Shown one piece after another: positions 13,555 through 26,556 of a stretch of DNA of 64,000 bases. Both the position numbers and the translations under genes were made by a program. Origin of the DNA: Octopus sinensis (lineage: Eukaryota); contig NC_043004.1 of assembly GCF_006345805.1 (NCBI RefSeq), positions 80,600,001-80,664,000 on the forward strand, written 5' to 3'. Position 1 is the stretch's first letter. The number at the start of each line of letters is the position of its first letter. The notes beneath the pieces were generated by a model. It saw only the letters and a program-made list of their open reading frames with translations. It was not told the DNA's origin and did no database searches.

Positions 13555-13932
13555 ACTCTTTTACTTGTTTCAGTCATTTGAGTGCGGCCATGCAGGAGCA
13601 CCACCTTTAGTCGAGCAGATCAACCCCAAGACTTATTCTTTGTAAGCCTAGTACTTATTCTTTCGGTCTCTTTTGCCAAACCGCTAAGTTATGAGGATGT
13701 AAACACACCAGCATCGGTTGTCAATTGATGTTGGGGGGAGAAACACAGACACACACACACACACATATATATACACAACGGGCTTCTTTCAGTTTCCGTT
13801 TACCAAATCCACTCAGAAGGCTTTGGTCGGCCTGAGACTAAAGTAGAAGACACTTGCCCAAAGTGCCACGCAGTGGGACTGAACCCAGAACCATGTGGTT
13901 GGGAAGCAAGCTACTTACCTCAGCCACTCCTG
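13555..13932 (-). mobile_element. SINE family A
   Basis: Near full-length reverse copy, aligns with 34771-35163. Confidence 0.8.
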
Positions 13933-14103
13933 GTAACAAAAAGGTTAAAGTGATCTAAATTTAAACCTTCCATCAAAATTTCCTCTTCATTTATGTTTCC
14001 AAATACCATTTTGACAATGACTGTTGTTTTACCAAACTCATCATTCTTTCCAAAACACTTAAAACAATCATAGAACCAAGCGCCAGTCTTGGGCAGTTTT
14101 GCA

Positions 14104-14331
14104 TTAACCCTTTCATTACTGTATTTATTTTGAGATGCTCTGTGTTTCTTCCAATTACTTTAAATATAACAAAGAATTTAGTAAAATAACTTATTTATCA
14201 TTTCACTACTGTTAGGAACATAAATTGTGACTAAGGTTTGGTGGAAGATTTTAATTCAGAACTTATGAAAATAAGACATTTGTACTCAGATCCAGAGCCG
14301 GTTTCAGCCGGGTTGGTAACAAAAGGGTTAA
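14104..14331. mobile_element. piggyBac-like MITE (TTAA|CCC...GGG|TTAA)
   Basis: TTAACCCTTT...AAAGGGTTAA ends, about 230 bp; homologous to the copies at 43977 and 44234. Confidence 0.75.
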
Positions 14332-14854
14332 AAGGGTTACAATTTTAAGACAATGTTGAAGGATCATGACTTCAGACTGGCTTTTGCTAACCTCACACAA
14401 GCTTAACCATTTAATCATTTTACTATAATTTCTCACTAAAAGTCTCATGATAACGGTAAAAAGGTGCGTGTGTGGGGGTGGGGGTGGTTATAATTAAGTA
14501 TTTGAAAGGTAGAAATTACATGTGAATTATTTAAGGTGTAATCAGATCTAACTGCTGTTTGCTCTTCTACATAATAACATTCGCCAGGTGTGTACTTTCT
14601 CATCCACCTTCACTTGAAATACCTTATCTAAGAGACCAACTATCGTGAAACCAGACAATTAGCATTTGGAGGGGAGGGGGTCTTTTGTTGATAATATAAC
14701 TCTTTCTTGGTACCATTCTCATGAAAACATCAGTCGTTTCTATTTTTTTGCTCCTTCTCTTTATCAACAATTGCTCTCACTCTTCCTAATCTATATATCA
14801 CAGTTTGATATGACTTTTGAAGAAGGGTTTTAATAAGAGATTATTGTTGTAAGT

Positions 14855-15215
14855 GTGAAGGCACATGGCTCAGTGGTTAGATCGTCAGGCTCACACTCAT
14901 CAGGTAGTGAGTTCGATTCCTAGGCTGGGTGGTGTGTTGTTTCAAAACAAGAAGTTCTTGAGTAAGACACTTTGTTTCACGTTACTCCAGTTTCCTCAGC
15001 TGTGGAAATAAATTGTGACCCCTCACTGGTACCAAGCTTTATCAGCCCCTTTGTCTTTCCCTTGGGTAACATCAGTGGTGTGGGGAGGTGAGGCTGGTAG
15101 GTACAGGTGACTGCTGGTCTTCCCAAAAACAACCTTACCTGGTCTTGTGCGTTGCAGGGGACATTTCCTGTTGCAATCTCATGGTTATTCATGACCGAAG
15201 GGGGTCTTGACCATA
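14855..15215 (+). mobile_element. SINE with family D-like head and a third type of tail
   Basis: TGGCTCAGTGG / GAGTTCGATTCC boxes; a similar head at 15284-15400. Confidence 0.55.
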
Positions 15216-16510
15216 TTTTATTGTTGCAAATGGATTTCATGGCCGGAAACTGTATGGAATCCCAATGTGTGTTGATGTAATGTGAAGACACATGGCTTAG
15301 TGGTTATAGTATTTGGCTCACGATCATAGAGTCATGAGTTCAATTCCCTTCTGTGCATTGTCTCCTTGTGCAAGACACTTTATTTCACATTGCCGCAGTC
15401 CACTCAAAAGATGGAACAAGAATGCAACAGGCAACAATAAAACATCCGGACAGATAGACAATGCAAAGATGAACAGGAGTAAAAAAGGGCAGGGGTCATT
15501 TGCAGCCTCCTCATCAGTCAAGTTGCCAAATTATCTTTACAGTTTCAGCCGGTTACTCTCGAGACTGCTCAAGATCTGGCTGGCCCCAAATATCTAAGCT
15601 AAGAGCATTAAATTTTTTAGGAGAAAGCAAGCGAATGTGTACGACTACAAAGTCAAAAAAAATTAGAAAGAAAGGTTACACAATTACAAATACAAACCAC
15701 AAGAAAATAACAACAGGTGTCTTTTGACTAATAAAGACCCCAGTCAAACCGTCCAACCCATGCCAGCATGGAAAACAGACGTTAAACAATGATGATGATA
15801 TATTTATATATCATCATCATCATCGTTTAACGTCCGCTTTCCATGCTAGCATGGGTTGGATGGTTCAACTGGGGTCTGGGAAGCCCGAAGGCTGCACCAG
15901 GCCAGTCATATTTGGTGGTGTTTCTACAGCTGGATGCCCTTCCTAACGCCAACCACATATATGTATTTATATACATATATTTATATATATATAATGGGCT
16001 TCCACGCAGTTTTCCTCTAGATTCATTCTCATGGCATTTGTTGTCCCATTGGTTACAGTAGAGTACAGCAGCCTAAGCCAGGTGACACTTGGTGGGACTT
16101 AACCTGAAAACATATGGTTGCTAAGCAAAGTGCATACACACACACACACATAATATAGAGAGTTCTGGCATCATGTAAAAAGTCTCCATGTTGGCGCCAC
16201 ATAAGGAGCACTCATGCAGGTCCCATGTGAAATGCACCAATACTAGAACCATGTAAATAACAGTCGGTACATTCTGTAAAGCAGCTGGAGTTAGGAAGGG
16301 CATCCAGCCATGGAAAACCATGCCAAATCAGGCTGTGGGACCTGGTGTGGCTCCAGGCCTTTCCAACTCATGCCAGCATGGAAAACTGATGATGATGATG
16401 AAGAGAATGAGGAGGAGGTAGAAAATTACGTGTACACAAACGTATAATTTACAACAGACCTACAAGCCTCTGATATACAGATTCACTCATTCACAGTTTT
16501 CAGTGAATAT

Positions 16511-16751
16511 ATGATGACTGTAGACATTAGGAACTCTCATAAGTGCGGGTTTGTATATACCTCCATATATGTATGTATGTGTGTGTGTATACACATCTAT
16601 ATATACATACACATGCATATTTATATATGCCTGTACATGTGTGTATATATATGTGTATATGCATGTATGTACATGTCTATGTATATATATATATGTATAT
16701 GTATGTACGTATATATATATATATATATATATCTTTGTATATGTATGTACG

Positions 16752-16810
<59 letters not shown>

Positions 16811-17077
16811 TTGTATATGTATGTATATATACATATATATATCATATGTATGTGAATATATGTATGTGAATATAATGTATGTATGTATATATTATATATA
16901 TATATATACATACATACATATACATATATAAACACTTGTACATATATATATATAAACACTTATACATATATATATATATAAACACTTATACATATATATA
17001 TATATATAAACACTTATACACACATATATATACATATAAACACTTATGCATATATATATATATATATATATTCATGT

Positions 17078-17123
<46 letters not shown>

Positions 17124-17215
17124 TCATGTACACACACATATATATATATATTCATGTACACATACACCATATATATATATATTATATATATATAATATAT
17201 ATATATATATATTAT
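16511..17215. repeat. Compound (TA)n/(TG)n/(CA)n microsatellite with a ~26-bp TAAACACTTATA minisatellite at 16930-17060
   Basis: Direct reading. Confidence 0.9.
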
Positions 17216-17679
17216 GCAATCTTGAAAAAAACCACAATAATCTCCACAATATTTTATCACTTGTGCGATTTCAGTCACTGTTTTTCTCTTTCCTTTGTTT
17301 TTTTCTATTTGAATCTTTTTTTTCTTTTGCGTTTTTCATTCTTTTCTTTGGCTTTATTATTAACCATTTTCGAATTTTGGAAAAAAATATATATATATAC
17401 ATTTTTTTTTCTTTGTCATGTCTAGAAATAATTTTTTTTGATATTTTTATGCTTGTTTTTTTTTTATAATTCTATAGAGTTATTCAAAAGTGGCTTCTGT
17501 TATTTTCTTTGTTTATCATTATTATTATTATTGTTAATATTTAAAAAAAAAATTTATATATATTCTTTAACTAAATTCTCTTTGAAATTCTTTTCTAATA
17601 ATCACCTAATAAGTACTTATTTAATGCCAAAGACATGTTGTGTTGCAGAACTACCAGTAATGATATACATCCAACTATC

Positions 17680-17724
<45 letters not shown>

Positions 17725-17825
17725 ATTCATAATTCTCACTTCAACATTTTCGAAATCAGTCGATGTTTTCTATGGTGTTCTCCATAAGGCTGACGAGGGG
17801 ACTTAGGTTCTTTAACCCTTAGCGC

Positions 17826-17886
17826 TGGAGTAATGAATCACTGATGAAGATTGATTAAATCTGAAATCAGCACTGATATGACTCCA
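17826..17886 (+). ncRNA. Type I hammerhead ribozyme candidate (full core, bulged stem I)
   Basis: TGGAG-taatgaa-TCA | CTGATGA | AGATT-gatta-AATCT | GAAA | TCA-gcac-TGA | T-A(17878) | TGA-CTCCA. Stems I, II and III all pair, the core is intact, and the NUH triplet is AUA. Confidence 0.65.
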
Positions 17887-17946
17887 TCTCGCTTGTCGTA
17901 GGGAGGGAACCTGTCTCCCTTGTCCTTCATCAGTGAATTCAAACCA

Positions 17947-17990
<44 letters not shown>

Positions 17991-19664
17991 TTGTTGTTAG
18001 TGACTATGGCAGTATTAGTTCAAAATCGTCATTTGTATATCATACTTAAAGCAGCTCACTTTCAACAGTATATTTGCTGTAAGTATAATATATAGATTGC
18101 AGCTAGACTCTTCAAGGTGGTGCCTTGCAGTAAGTAAAATATAAAAGATGATATTCTCGAAACAAGAAACCTGTTCCCTTTTGAACCCTTCTCTTGTACT
18201 TGAACTCCCACAAATTATTGTATAAACCCAGCTTTCCTCTTTACTGTACCTTCACTCATTCAAAGAGGCGTCTTTAGTCTTGCAGACTGCTTGGTGGCCT
18301 CACTAGTGCTGGTGCTTTACAACAGCAAGAAACCCTTTATGGCCCTTGTCTCTTTTATATTGACATCTCATCTCCAAGCATGAAGCTACCTGTTGCCCCC
18401 ACTCAAGCAAAAGGGGTTTTTGGTCATGGGAACAGCATGGCAACCTCACTAGTGCTGGTGCTGCGAAAAGAAAAATGAAAAAGCATCTGATTCTTGCAGT
18501 AAAAAGTGGTTGGCGCTAGCAAGTCCATCCAGCTTCAGAAACCAAACCAAATCAGACAAATGGTACCTAGGCAGCTCTCCAGCTGGCCATCTCCTTTCAA
18601 ACCGTCCATCCCATGCCAGCGTGAAAAACAGGCATTAAATGAGGATGTTGATGGGCTTCTTTCAGTTTCCACCCACTAAATCCACTCACAAGGCTTTGGT
18701 TAGCCTGTGGCAATAGGAGAAGGCTCTTGCCCGGGTTTGAACCTGGAACAATGTGGTTGACTAGCAAGCTTTTTACCACACAGTCAATGCTGCATGTACG
18801 AAACAGTGGTACCAATGTGGTTCTCACTGTAATGTCACAACAGTTTGTTTTGGTTGTACTAAGCTAATGACAGAAATACTGTGACACTCTCGCTCTCAAA
18901 TTGTTACCATATCATGTTTGGAAATTTTCAATCATGATACTAGACTCTTTTTGTTGATGCTTTTTTTTACCAATTTTCTGGCTAATACCAGAACCACCGT
19001 TGCTGGATGGTATTTCATGCCTTTAATACTACAGTATTAAAGCTAATCACAGTATTTAACACACACACACACACACACACACGTATACGTCGAGTCATTT
19101 CAGGTTATTTTTCTTTTGTCTGTTTGTTTATCGTTGAAGAATTTTTCCCCGTTTGGCATTTACTGTTATAGAATCGTATTGGAATCAGATATGTAGAAAA
19201 TATCATAACATATTATTTTGTTACTGTTGTTGTTGTTGTTTGATTTTGTTTTTTCTTGTGTTCTACCATCTTTATTGTTGCTTTTGCTGTTGTTCTCATC
19301 CTGGTCACCATCACTATCATCGTGGAATAAACACAAGCTCCTGCTATGCTGTGAGTTCAATACCAGCCTTCTTTGCATCACTTATACCATAATCTTTTAT
19401 GTTTTTTTTTGTCTTGTACTTGTCTTAGTCATGGACTGTGGCCATGCTGGGACATCTCTTTGAAGAACTTAGTCAAATAAATCAGCTCCAGTTTTTAGGT
19501 TTTTTTTTTAGTCAGGTACTTAAACTTATTCTATCAGTCTCTTCTGCCAAACTACAAGATTAAGGATGTAAATAAACCAATGTCGGGTGTCAAGTGGTGA
19601 TGATAGGAAACAAGCATGGACACACCACTTTTTTTATGTGTGTGTGTATATATATATATATCAT

Positions 19665-20000
19665 CATCTTTGTTTAACATCCGTTTTTCTTGCTGGCATG
19701 GCTTGGATGGTTTGACTGAGGTCTGGAGAGCCAGTGGCAGCATCAGGCTCCAATCTGTTTTGGCATGGCCTCTACAGCCGGAGACCCTTCCTAACGCCAA
19801 CCACTCTGAGAGTGTAGTGGGTGTTTTTTACATGCCACCGGCACAGGAGCCAGTCAAGCAGCCCTGGCATCAATCACATATAGATAGAGCTTTTTACATG
19901 CATCCATCATGGGTACCAGTCAGGGGTCCCTGGCATCAGCCATATTCAGATAGTGCTTTATGTGCCACCAACACGGAGGCCAGTCAAGTACTTCCTTTCT
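19665..20000 (-). mobile_element. Family C short retroposon
   Basis: Same tail and units. Confidence 0.65.
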
Positions 20001-20364
20001 GTGGTGGCTAATACTAATTCACAGGTCACAGCGGTCAGAAAAGATGCACTTGAAGCCAAGAATTTGTAGTTTACGGAGGCAATATTTACATATCACCTGA
20101 AGAAACACAACTAGATATCATAATGCAGGGAAAAAGTTACATAACTAAATACCTGCAAACTTGGAGAACTATGTTGCATGGAAACAATTGTAGTGATTAC
20201 AAATAAATGTCCAACTGTTGTCCTTCTTGTTGACTCCAACTTATTCAATTATATATATATATATATATATATAAAGGGAACTTTATGAAAAAAGCAAAAT
20301 ACGAAGACAGGTGGTGAACAAAACAAACAGATGTATTAGTATAGTGCTCAGGAATAGAAAAAGT

Positions 20365-20400
20365 CTTTTACTTTTCAAGCCTACACTCTTCGACAGAAAG
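20365..20400 (-). ncRNA. Degenerate minimal hammerhead (different family)
   Basis: CTTT | CTGTCGA | A | GAGT-gtag-GCTT | GAAA | AG | TA | AAAG. Stems I and II pair; core A6 and the stem III palindrome are mutated. Confidence 0.45.
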
Positions 20401-20660
20401 GTACACAGAAAAAACAAGGAGAGAAAAAAAATGTGTGTAGTGGCTAATGATCTATCATAGCGTCTGATACATAAAACTATTATATATATATATGCACTCA
20501 ATTTTGAGTAGCACATTGTTATATTGTGCTGTATGTATGGTAGCACATTATATGATTTTCTACTATATATATATGTAGGTCCCGGGTTGATTCGGGGTTA
20601 ACCACAGTAAATAAGGTACTCAATACATAGCAGAGTAAAATTAATTTATTATATAGAAGG

Positions 20661-20711
20661 AGCTTCTACAGGACTAGAACTGTTTCATTCAAGAGAAATC
20701 TTCAGGAAGCT
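20661..20711 (-). ncRNA. Type I hammerhead ribozyme candidate (left arm, inverted copy)
   Basis: The reverse complement reads AGCTTC CTGAAGA tTTC-tctt-GAAt GAAA CAG-ttctagtc-CTG TA GAAGCT, the same fold as 20842-20891. Confidence 0.65.
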
Positions 20712-20841
20712 CTGAATTTGATGTTTTTTATCATGAGGAAGAGGTCTTCTTCAAACGGTTCAAGTAGGCTGTTGGTAGGAGGGGCCTTATTTGATTTGAA
20801 GCCGTACTTATCATTATTGGTAGAATTTGATGTTTTTTATC

Positions 20842-20891
20842 AGCTTCCTGAAGATTTCTCTGAATGAAACAGTTCTAGTCCTGTAGAAGCT
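20842..20891 (+). ncRNA. Type I hammerhead ribozyme candidate (right arm of inverted PLE-like element)
   Basis: AGCTTC | CTGAAGA | tttctctgaat | GAAA | CAG-ttctagtc-CTG | T-A(20885) | GAAGCT. Perfect 6-bp stem I, 4-bp stem III and GUA triplet; stem II is short and weak. Confidence 0.65.
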
Positions 20892-20906
20892 CCTTCTATA
20901 TAATAA

Positions 20907-20949
<43 letters not shown>

Positions 20950-22089
20950 CGTGTGTGTGTGTATATGTATTGTTTATATATATATATATATATATATGGT
21001 AGCACATTATGGTAGTTTATCATGGAGACGTTTGTGTTGTATGTATGATAATATGTCTTTTGATGTTTGTGCTACATGAAAGACAATATATCATATGATG
21101 CTATGCCACATGAAAAAAGGTATTACATGTACATAACATGATGTATGCAAAGCAACGATACTGCAGTAATGCACTAAGCGGCTCCAAACTGAAATTACAT
21201 TTTACTGAAAGCCACTCAAAGTTTAGAGTTTGTATTTCATGTGTGTGTGTGTGTGTGTGTGAGGTGTGTGCTAAACACACCCTCCTTCCCACACATTCCG
21301 CTGATCTTCCGCTGCAGTGCGGTAAGATGGAACCTAAAGAGGGTGGGGGAAAGAAAGAGCAAACAGTAAGGAATGAAGTGTTGGTAAGATTGGGGGAGGG
21401 AAAGGGTTGAGAGAGAGAGAGAGAAAGAGTGGGGTAAAGAGAGAGGGTGATGATAGGTGACAAACACAAAAGTGAAAAACAGTGAAAAATAAATAGATAA
21501 ATAAATAAATAAAAATTGATTTTGTGAACGTCGGGGAGGTGGGGTGGGGGGGTTGCAGGTTTTGTGCAAAGGTGGTTGGGAAAAAATCAGATGATATGAT
21601 TTGCTGTCATTGTCATCATTATCACCCTCTTCTACCTCCTCCTCTTCATCATCCTCATACAGCAGAGGTAGTGGTGGTGATGATGATGGTGGTTGTTATG
21701 CTGATGGCAGCAGCATCATCATCATCATCATCACCATCGTTTTATTACATTCAAAGTCTGTTGTTATATTGGATAAAAACATGAAATTTCAAAGACTCTT
21801 TTAGTCTATTTAATCTTCTCTGATTATAACTTTCACCTCTCTTATTCCTTCCTCAACCATGAAATCTCGCATGTAAAAATAGCTACTTTGTACCGACTAT
21901 CTTGCAATCGTGTCGACTCAACCTGCTTAGAATCCAATAGCTCTACCGAAGGCCACTATCAGTTTTCCACTACTAACAGCAACAACAAAGCAGTTTCCAA
22001 GAAATTGGTCTGGTTCGTTGCATGGGAAATCCTTCCATTTCCTTTTGCTACCAACTTGCTTGAAACTGTTCTGGTTTTATGATACTAAC

Positions 22090-22800
22090 TCTCAGTTTTA
22101 TGGTGATCTAAAAACCTTTTACCGAAATATCATGTTAGTAATATATTCTGAATACAGTTTAGTAATAACAAAACTTCGCATTATTTTCAAAGTTGATTGA
22201 AACAAAACGAAGTATTTTAACAGAAATTGGTAAGATATGGTTTAACTCTTTTGGAACCAACCTTCCTAGAAACTGTCCCTGGTTCTCAGATACACTTCCT
22301 ATTTCAAAGTTGTCTCCATTAAAATCTTCCATCAAAAATTACATGTTAATTTATGTTCCAAACATGTTTTATTTCGACATTTATTTTACTAAATTCTTTG
22401 TTATATTCAAAATTAATTGAAAAACAGCAGAGTATATGGTAAAAAAGGGGGCTTTGAAATAGACAGCAAGGGTTTCTATGTAATCAACAGCCAAATTTCC
22501 GTCACCCAATTCCTTACTCTCTTTGAATTTTGGTACCATTCCCACCTGAGTCTCCCCTAGTTCTGATACAAACTTTCTGTTTTCTAACTGCAAAATTTCG
22601 TATTGTGCTCAAGACTCCAGTCTAATAATAAGCTATTTTAGTAAATTCTTCAGTATTTTCAAAATCAGTTGAAACAAATATATGTATTTCAAAAGAAATC
22701 TGGTAACAAAAGGGTTAAATTGATCTGAATTTTAAATTAATCTGGGGTTTGAACATAATTTAACATGAAATTTTGATGAAAGATTTTAATTTAGATCACT
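22090..22800. mobile_element. Cluster of eroded piggyBac-like MITE copies
   Basis: Recurrent TTATTTTACTAAATTCTTTGTTATATT and GGTAACAAAAGGGTTAA motifs shared with 14104-14331. Confidence 0.45.
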
Positions 22801-23289
22801 TCAAACTGGGATGTTTATTTATATCAAAGAATCAAGGGCTGAGTGTCACTATCATGCTTGAAGTGTCTTTTATTTCCAATCATCCATGAAAACAGGTCTG
22901 GCCTGGAGAGATATTACTTTGCTTAGAAATAGATGAGGGTTGGTGACAGGAAGGGCATCCAGCAGTAGAAGATCTGCCTCGACAAATTCCATCCAATGCA
23001 TGCAAGCATGGAAAAGTGGACATCAAAATGACAACAATGTCATGATGTAGTGGAGCAAGTTGGAATAAAATGCCTCGCTCACAGAGTTTCCAAATACTAA
23101 CTGGCCCCAAAATTGAACCCACAACCTAACTCTTGTAAACCAGACATCCTTAACCACTTGACCATATGACTTTACTGAAGCTAAACAACAAGCAAACTAG
23201 GTATGTTCTCTGGTTATGAGATTAATGGGAAGAACCAATGTCTCTCAATGGCATAACATTAGCAATATCAGTGTTAATATTATTTTCTG

Positions 23290-24180
23290 CCCTAAGCCCT
23301 GAGATTTTGGGGGAGGTGGGCGCCAGTCGATTAGATCGACCCCAGTATGCAACTGGTACTTAATTTATTGACCCTGAAAGGATGAAAGGCAAAGTCGACC
23401 TCAGTAGAATTTGAACTCAGAACATAAAGACAGACGAAATACTGCTAAGCATTTTGTCCAGCATGCTAACGTTTCTGCCAGCTTGCTGCCTTAACAATTA
23501 TAATTATATTCTTTTCTACTCTAGGCACAAGGCCTGAAATTTTGGGGGAGGGTGAAAGTCGATTAGATCAACCCCAGTATGCAACTAGTACTTAATTTAT
23601 CGACCCCAAAAGGATAAAAGGCACAGTTGACCTCGGTGGAATTTGAACTCAGAACGTAGCGATGGGCAAAATACTGCTAAGCATTTCACCTGGCGTGCTA
23701 ACATTTCTGCCATCTTGCCACCTTATATCAGTGTTTATAATATTAAGGCGGTGAAGGCAGCGAGGTGGCAGAATCATTAGCATGCCGGGTGAAATGTTTA
23801 ACGGTATTTTGTCTACCGTTACGTTGTGAGTTCAAATTCTGCCGAGGTCAACTTTGCCTTTCATCCTTTCGGGGTCGATGAATAAAATACCGGTTACGCA
23901 CTGGGATCGATGTAATCGATTCGTCCCCTTCCCCCAAAATGTCAAGGCCTTGCACCTAGAGTAGAAATACTATTAAGACGGTGAGCTGGCAAAACTGTTG
24001 GGTTACCAGGCACAATGCTTGGTGGCATATGTTCAAAGTTCAAATTCCACTGAAGTCGGCTTTGCCTTCTATCCTTTCAGGGTCGAAAAATAAGCATTAG
24101 TTGAACCCTGGGGTGTTAATATAATTAACTTATTCCTCTCCAGAAACTACTGGCTTTGCGCCAAAGCTTGAGACCAATAT
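23290..24180. mobile_element. Cluster of four SINE family B copies (two minus, two plus)
   Basis: Head GGCGGCGAGCTGGCAGAA (A-box), GAGTTCAAATTC (B-box) and central GCCTTTCATCCTTTCGGGGTCGATAAA domain. Confidence 0.75.
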
Positions 24181-26556
24181 CAATGTTCATATTCTATTTC
24201 TACACATGATTTTATAAGTCACAAGGTTTATTTTCAATACATAATTATCACGATGGCTTTTCTTTGCAGGAAACTTGCAAAGCAGTCATATTAGTTTACC
24301 ACAGAATTCCACCCACCCCACTTTTTTTTTCTTCTCGTCTTGTGTTCCTCTACATTTTCACTGAGTTTAATGTAATTAGGGAGCTGTTAGTTGTCTAATT
24401 AGTGTGTTAGTTTCTACACTTCGGTGTTCTTTTGCGGGGCAGGGGATGGATGGAGGTTTGGAGGAATGGCTGAACAAATTTGTGTATATTTACGGGTAAT
24501 TGTATGCCTGTATGTATGTGTATGCCTGCATAAATGTGTATAGCATATATAAATATGTGTGCGTAAATACACACACATACACACACATATATGTTTAGAC
24601 ATACTTAGACACACACATATTATATATACATACATACATATATATATGTATGTGTATATATATATATATGTATATATATATACGTATATATATATATATG
24701 TATGTATGTATGTATTTACAGACACACACATGTGTGTTTGTGTATGTTTGTACCTTTGTGTGATGTAATTATAATGCAGTAAAAAAAAAACACCTTGCTG
24801 AAATTGTGTAGCATCACTTTTCAAAGTGTATTTATAGGTTTTATTTTTTTGTTTTTCCGGTGATGAATGGGGGGGGGGTCATAGTAAGAGATTTGGTGGA
24901 GATGGTCATAAACTTTGATTTGATTTGATTTGATTAATCACCATCGTAACCAGCTTAATTGGCAGTTACAATGGTTTGAGATGTGATGTGTTAGACATGC
25001 AGTTCCCAACTAGGGTCCATGCGAGATTTTACTATTGAAATTTATGTGCAATAAATTTCTGATACCACAGACATCATTTGAACCCTGGACCACGTCACTA
25101 TGCCGGTGACGTTTTGTGTTGATCTGATATCGTAGCCACATCAAGATAAAATACAAATATATTTATCAAAATGACCCGTAATGACAAGAAAACTTCTAAT
25201 TTTCGATAATTCTAAATAGTGTTTCTTGAGAAATTTGAAAATGCCAACTTTGGTTCCTTCAGAGTGGTACCAGTGTTGTTGTACATGCAAAAGTTAGTTC
25301 TGTTGCACCTCCATACTGAATTCTTGCAGCTTCTTAAAACCATTCAAAACCATTCGAAAACAAACATTGTCATTATAGATTATTATTATTTTTAGTATTA
25401 TTATTATCATCATCACCATCATCATCATCATCATCATCATTATTATTATTATTATTATTTTCATGATTGTGTGATTGTGTGCATGAGTTTGGGTAGTCAC
25501 TTGTATGTATCTGCTTATAACTCTGTGAGTGTGTGTGTGTGTGTGTTTACATACATAGACACATAAGTATGTATGCACACATCTGTGTGTATATGTTTGT
25601 ATGTGTATATGTGTGTCTATATTTATATATATAATATATATATATATATTATATATATATATATATATGCACACATGCATGTGTGTACACATACACACAT
25701 GTATGCATACAAGTGTGTGTAAGTATATGTATGTTAACTACACTCTTATACCTGTGTAAGTGTTATATACGTGTAATCTGTGTCTGAGTGTGTGTTTATA
25801 CATGTTAAATTAAAGTTTGTGTGTGTGTGTGTATACATGCACCGTATGTGTATATAAGTAAATATGTGTGCGTGTGTGAAAGCCAGAATATTTCCAAACA
25901 AAGATGTTTTGCAGCCAAAAACATCAAAGAATCTCTACATTTGATATTCTCTTCCATTTTACCATTTTTCTAGAATACATCTACAAGAATGTTATGTCAA
26001 CCAGATTGGAGATGGAAGAGGTAAAGCTTGGGAGAGAGAGAGAGAGAGTGAGACAGAAGGAAAGAAAGAGAGAGAAAGAGTGAGACAGACAGAAAAAAAG
26101 AAAAATGGAAGGAAAGAAGAGAGAAAGGCAAACGTGAAAGGGGGAGGCAAATAGGGGACAGTAAGAGTAATTTAGTGAGGTGTTGATACATAAATGTAAG
26201 GGAGGGGGAGTAGGGGGAGATAGAAAAGAGTACAGGCGAATAGTATTTTTTTCATTTGTACTACATCTGTTTTTCTGTGCTAGCATGAGTTAGGTGAGTA
26301 TTTTATTCGGGCAGTGTTTTACAGCTGGACGCCTTTGCTGTGGCTAACCTTTCCTTGTTTTTCAAGTAAAGGATCTCTTATTTCGTGTGGCTTTAGAGGT
26401 GTAAAACCCAGTGGCCAAAATTGGTGACAGAAGTGAGAACTACAATGTGTGTAGCTTGGCACCTTGGCAAGTGTATTCTACCATATCCTCATGAGTGGAT
26501 ATGGTAGACAGAAACTGAAAGAAGCCTGACATATGTATGAGTGTGTATATATATAT

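Larger units (their letters stand above)
20576..20908. mobile_element. Penelope-like / retrozyme-like non-autonomous element with inverted hammerhead-bearing arms
   Basis: Inverted repeat 20644-20711 / 20842-20908, each arm carrying a hammerhead. The spacer has a direct repeat GAATTTGATGTTTTTTATCA at both ends. Confidence 0.5.

Noticed and set aside
17787-17825. CTGACGA upstream of the 17826 hammerhead
   Set aside because: No GAAA or stem III at a compatible distance.
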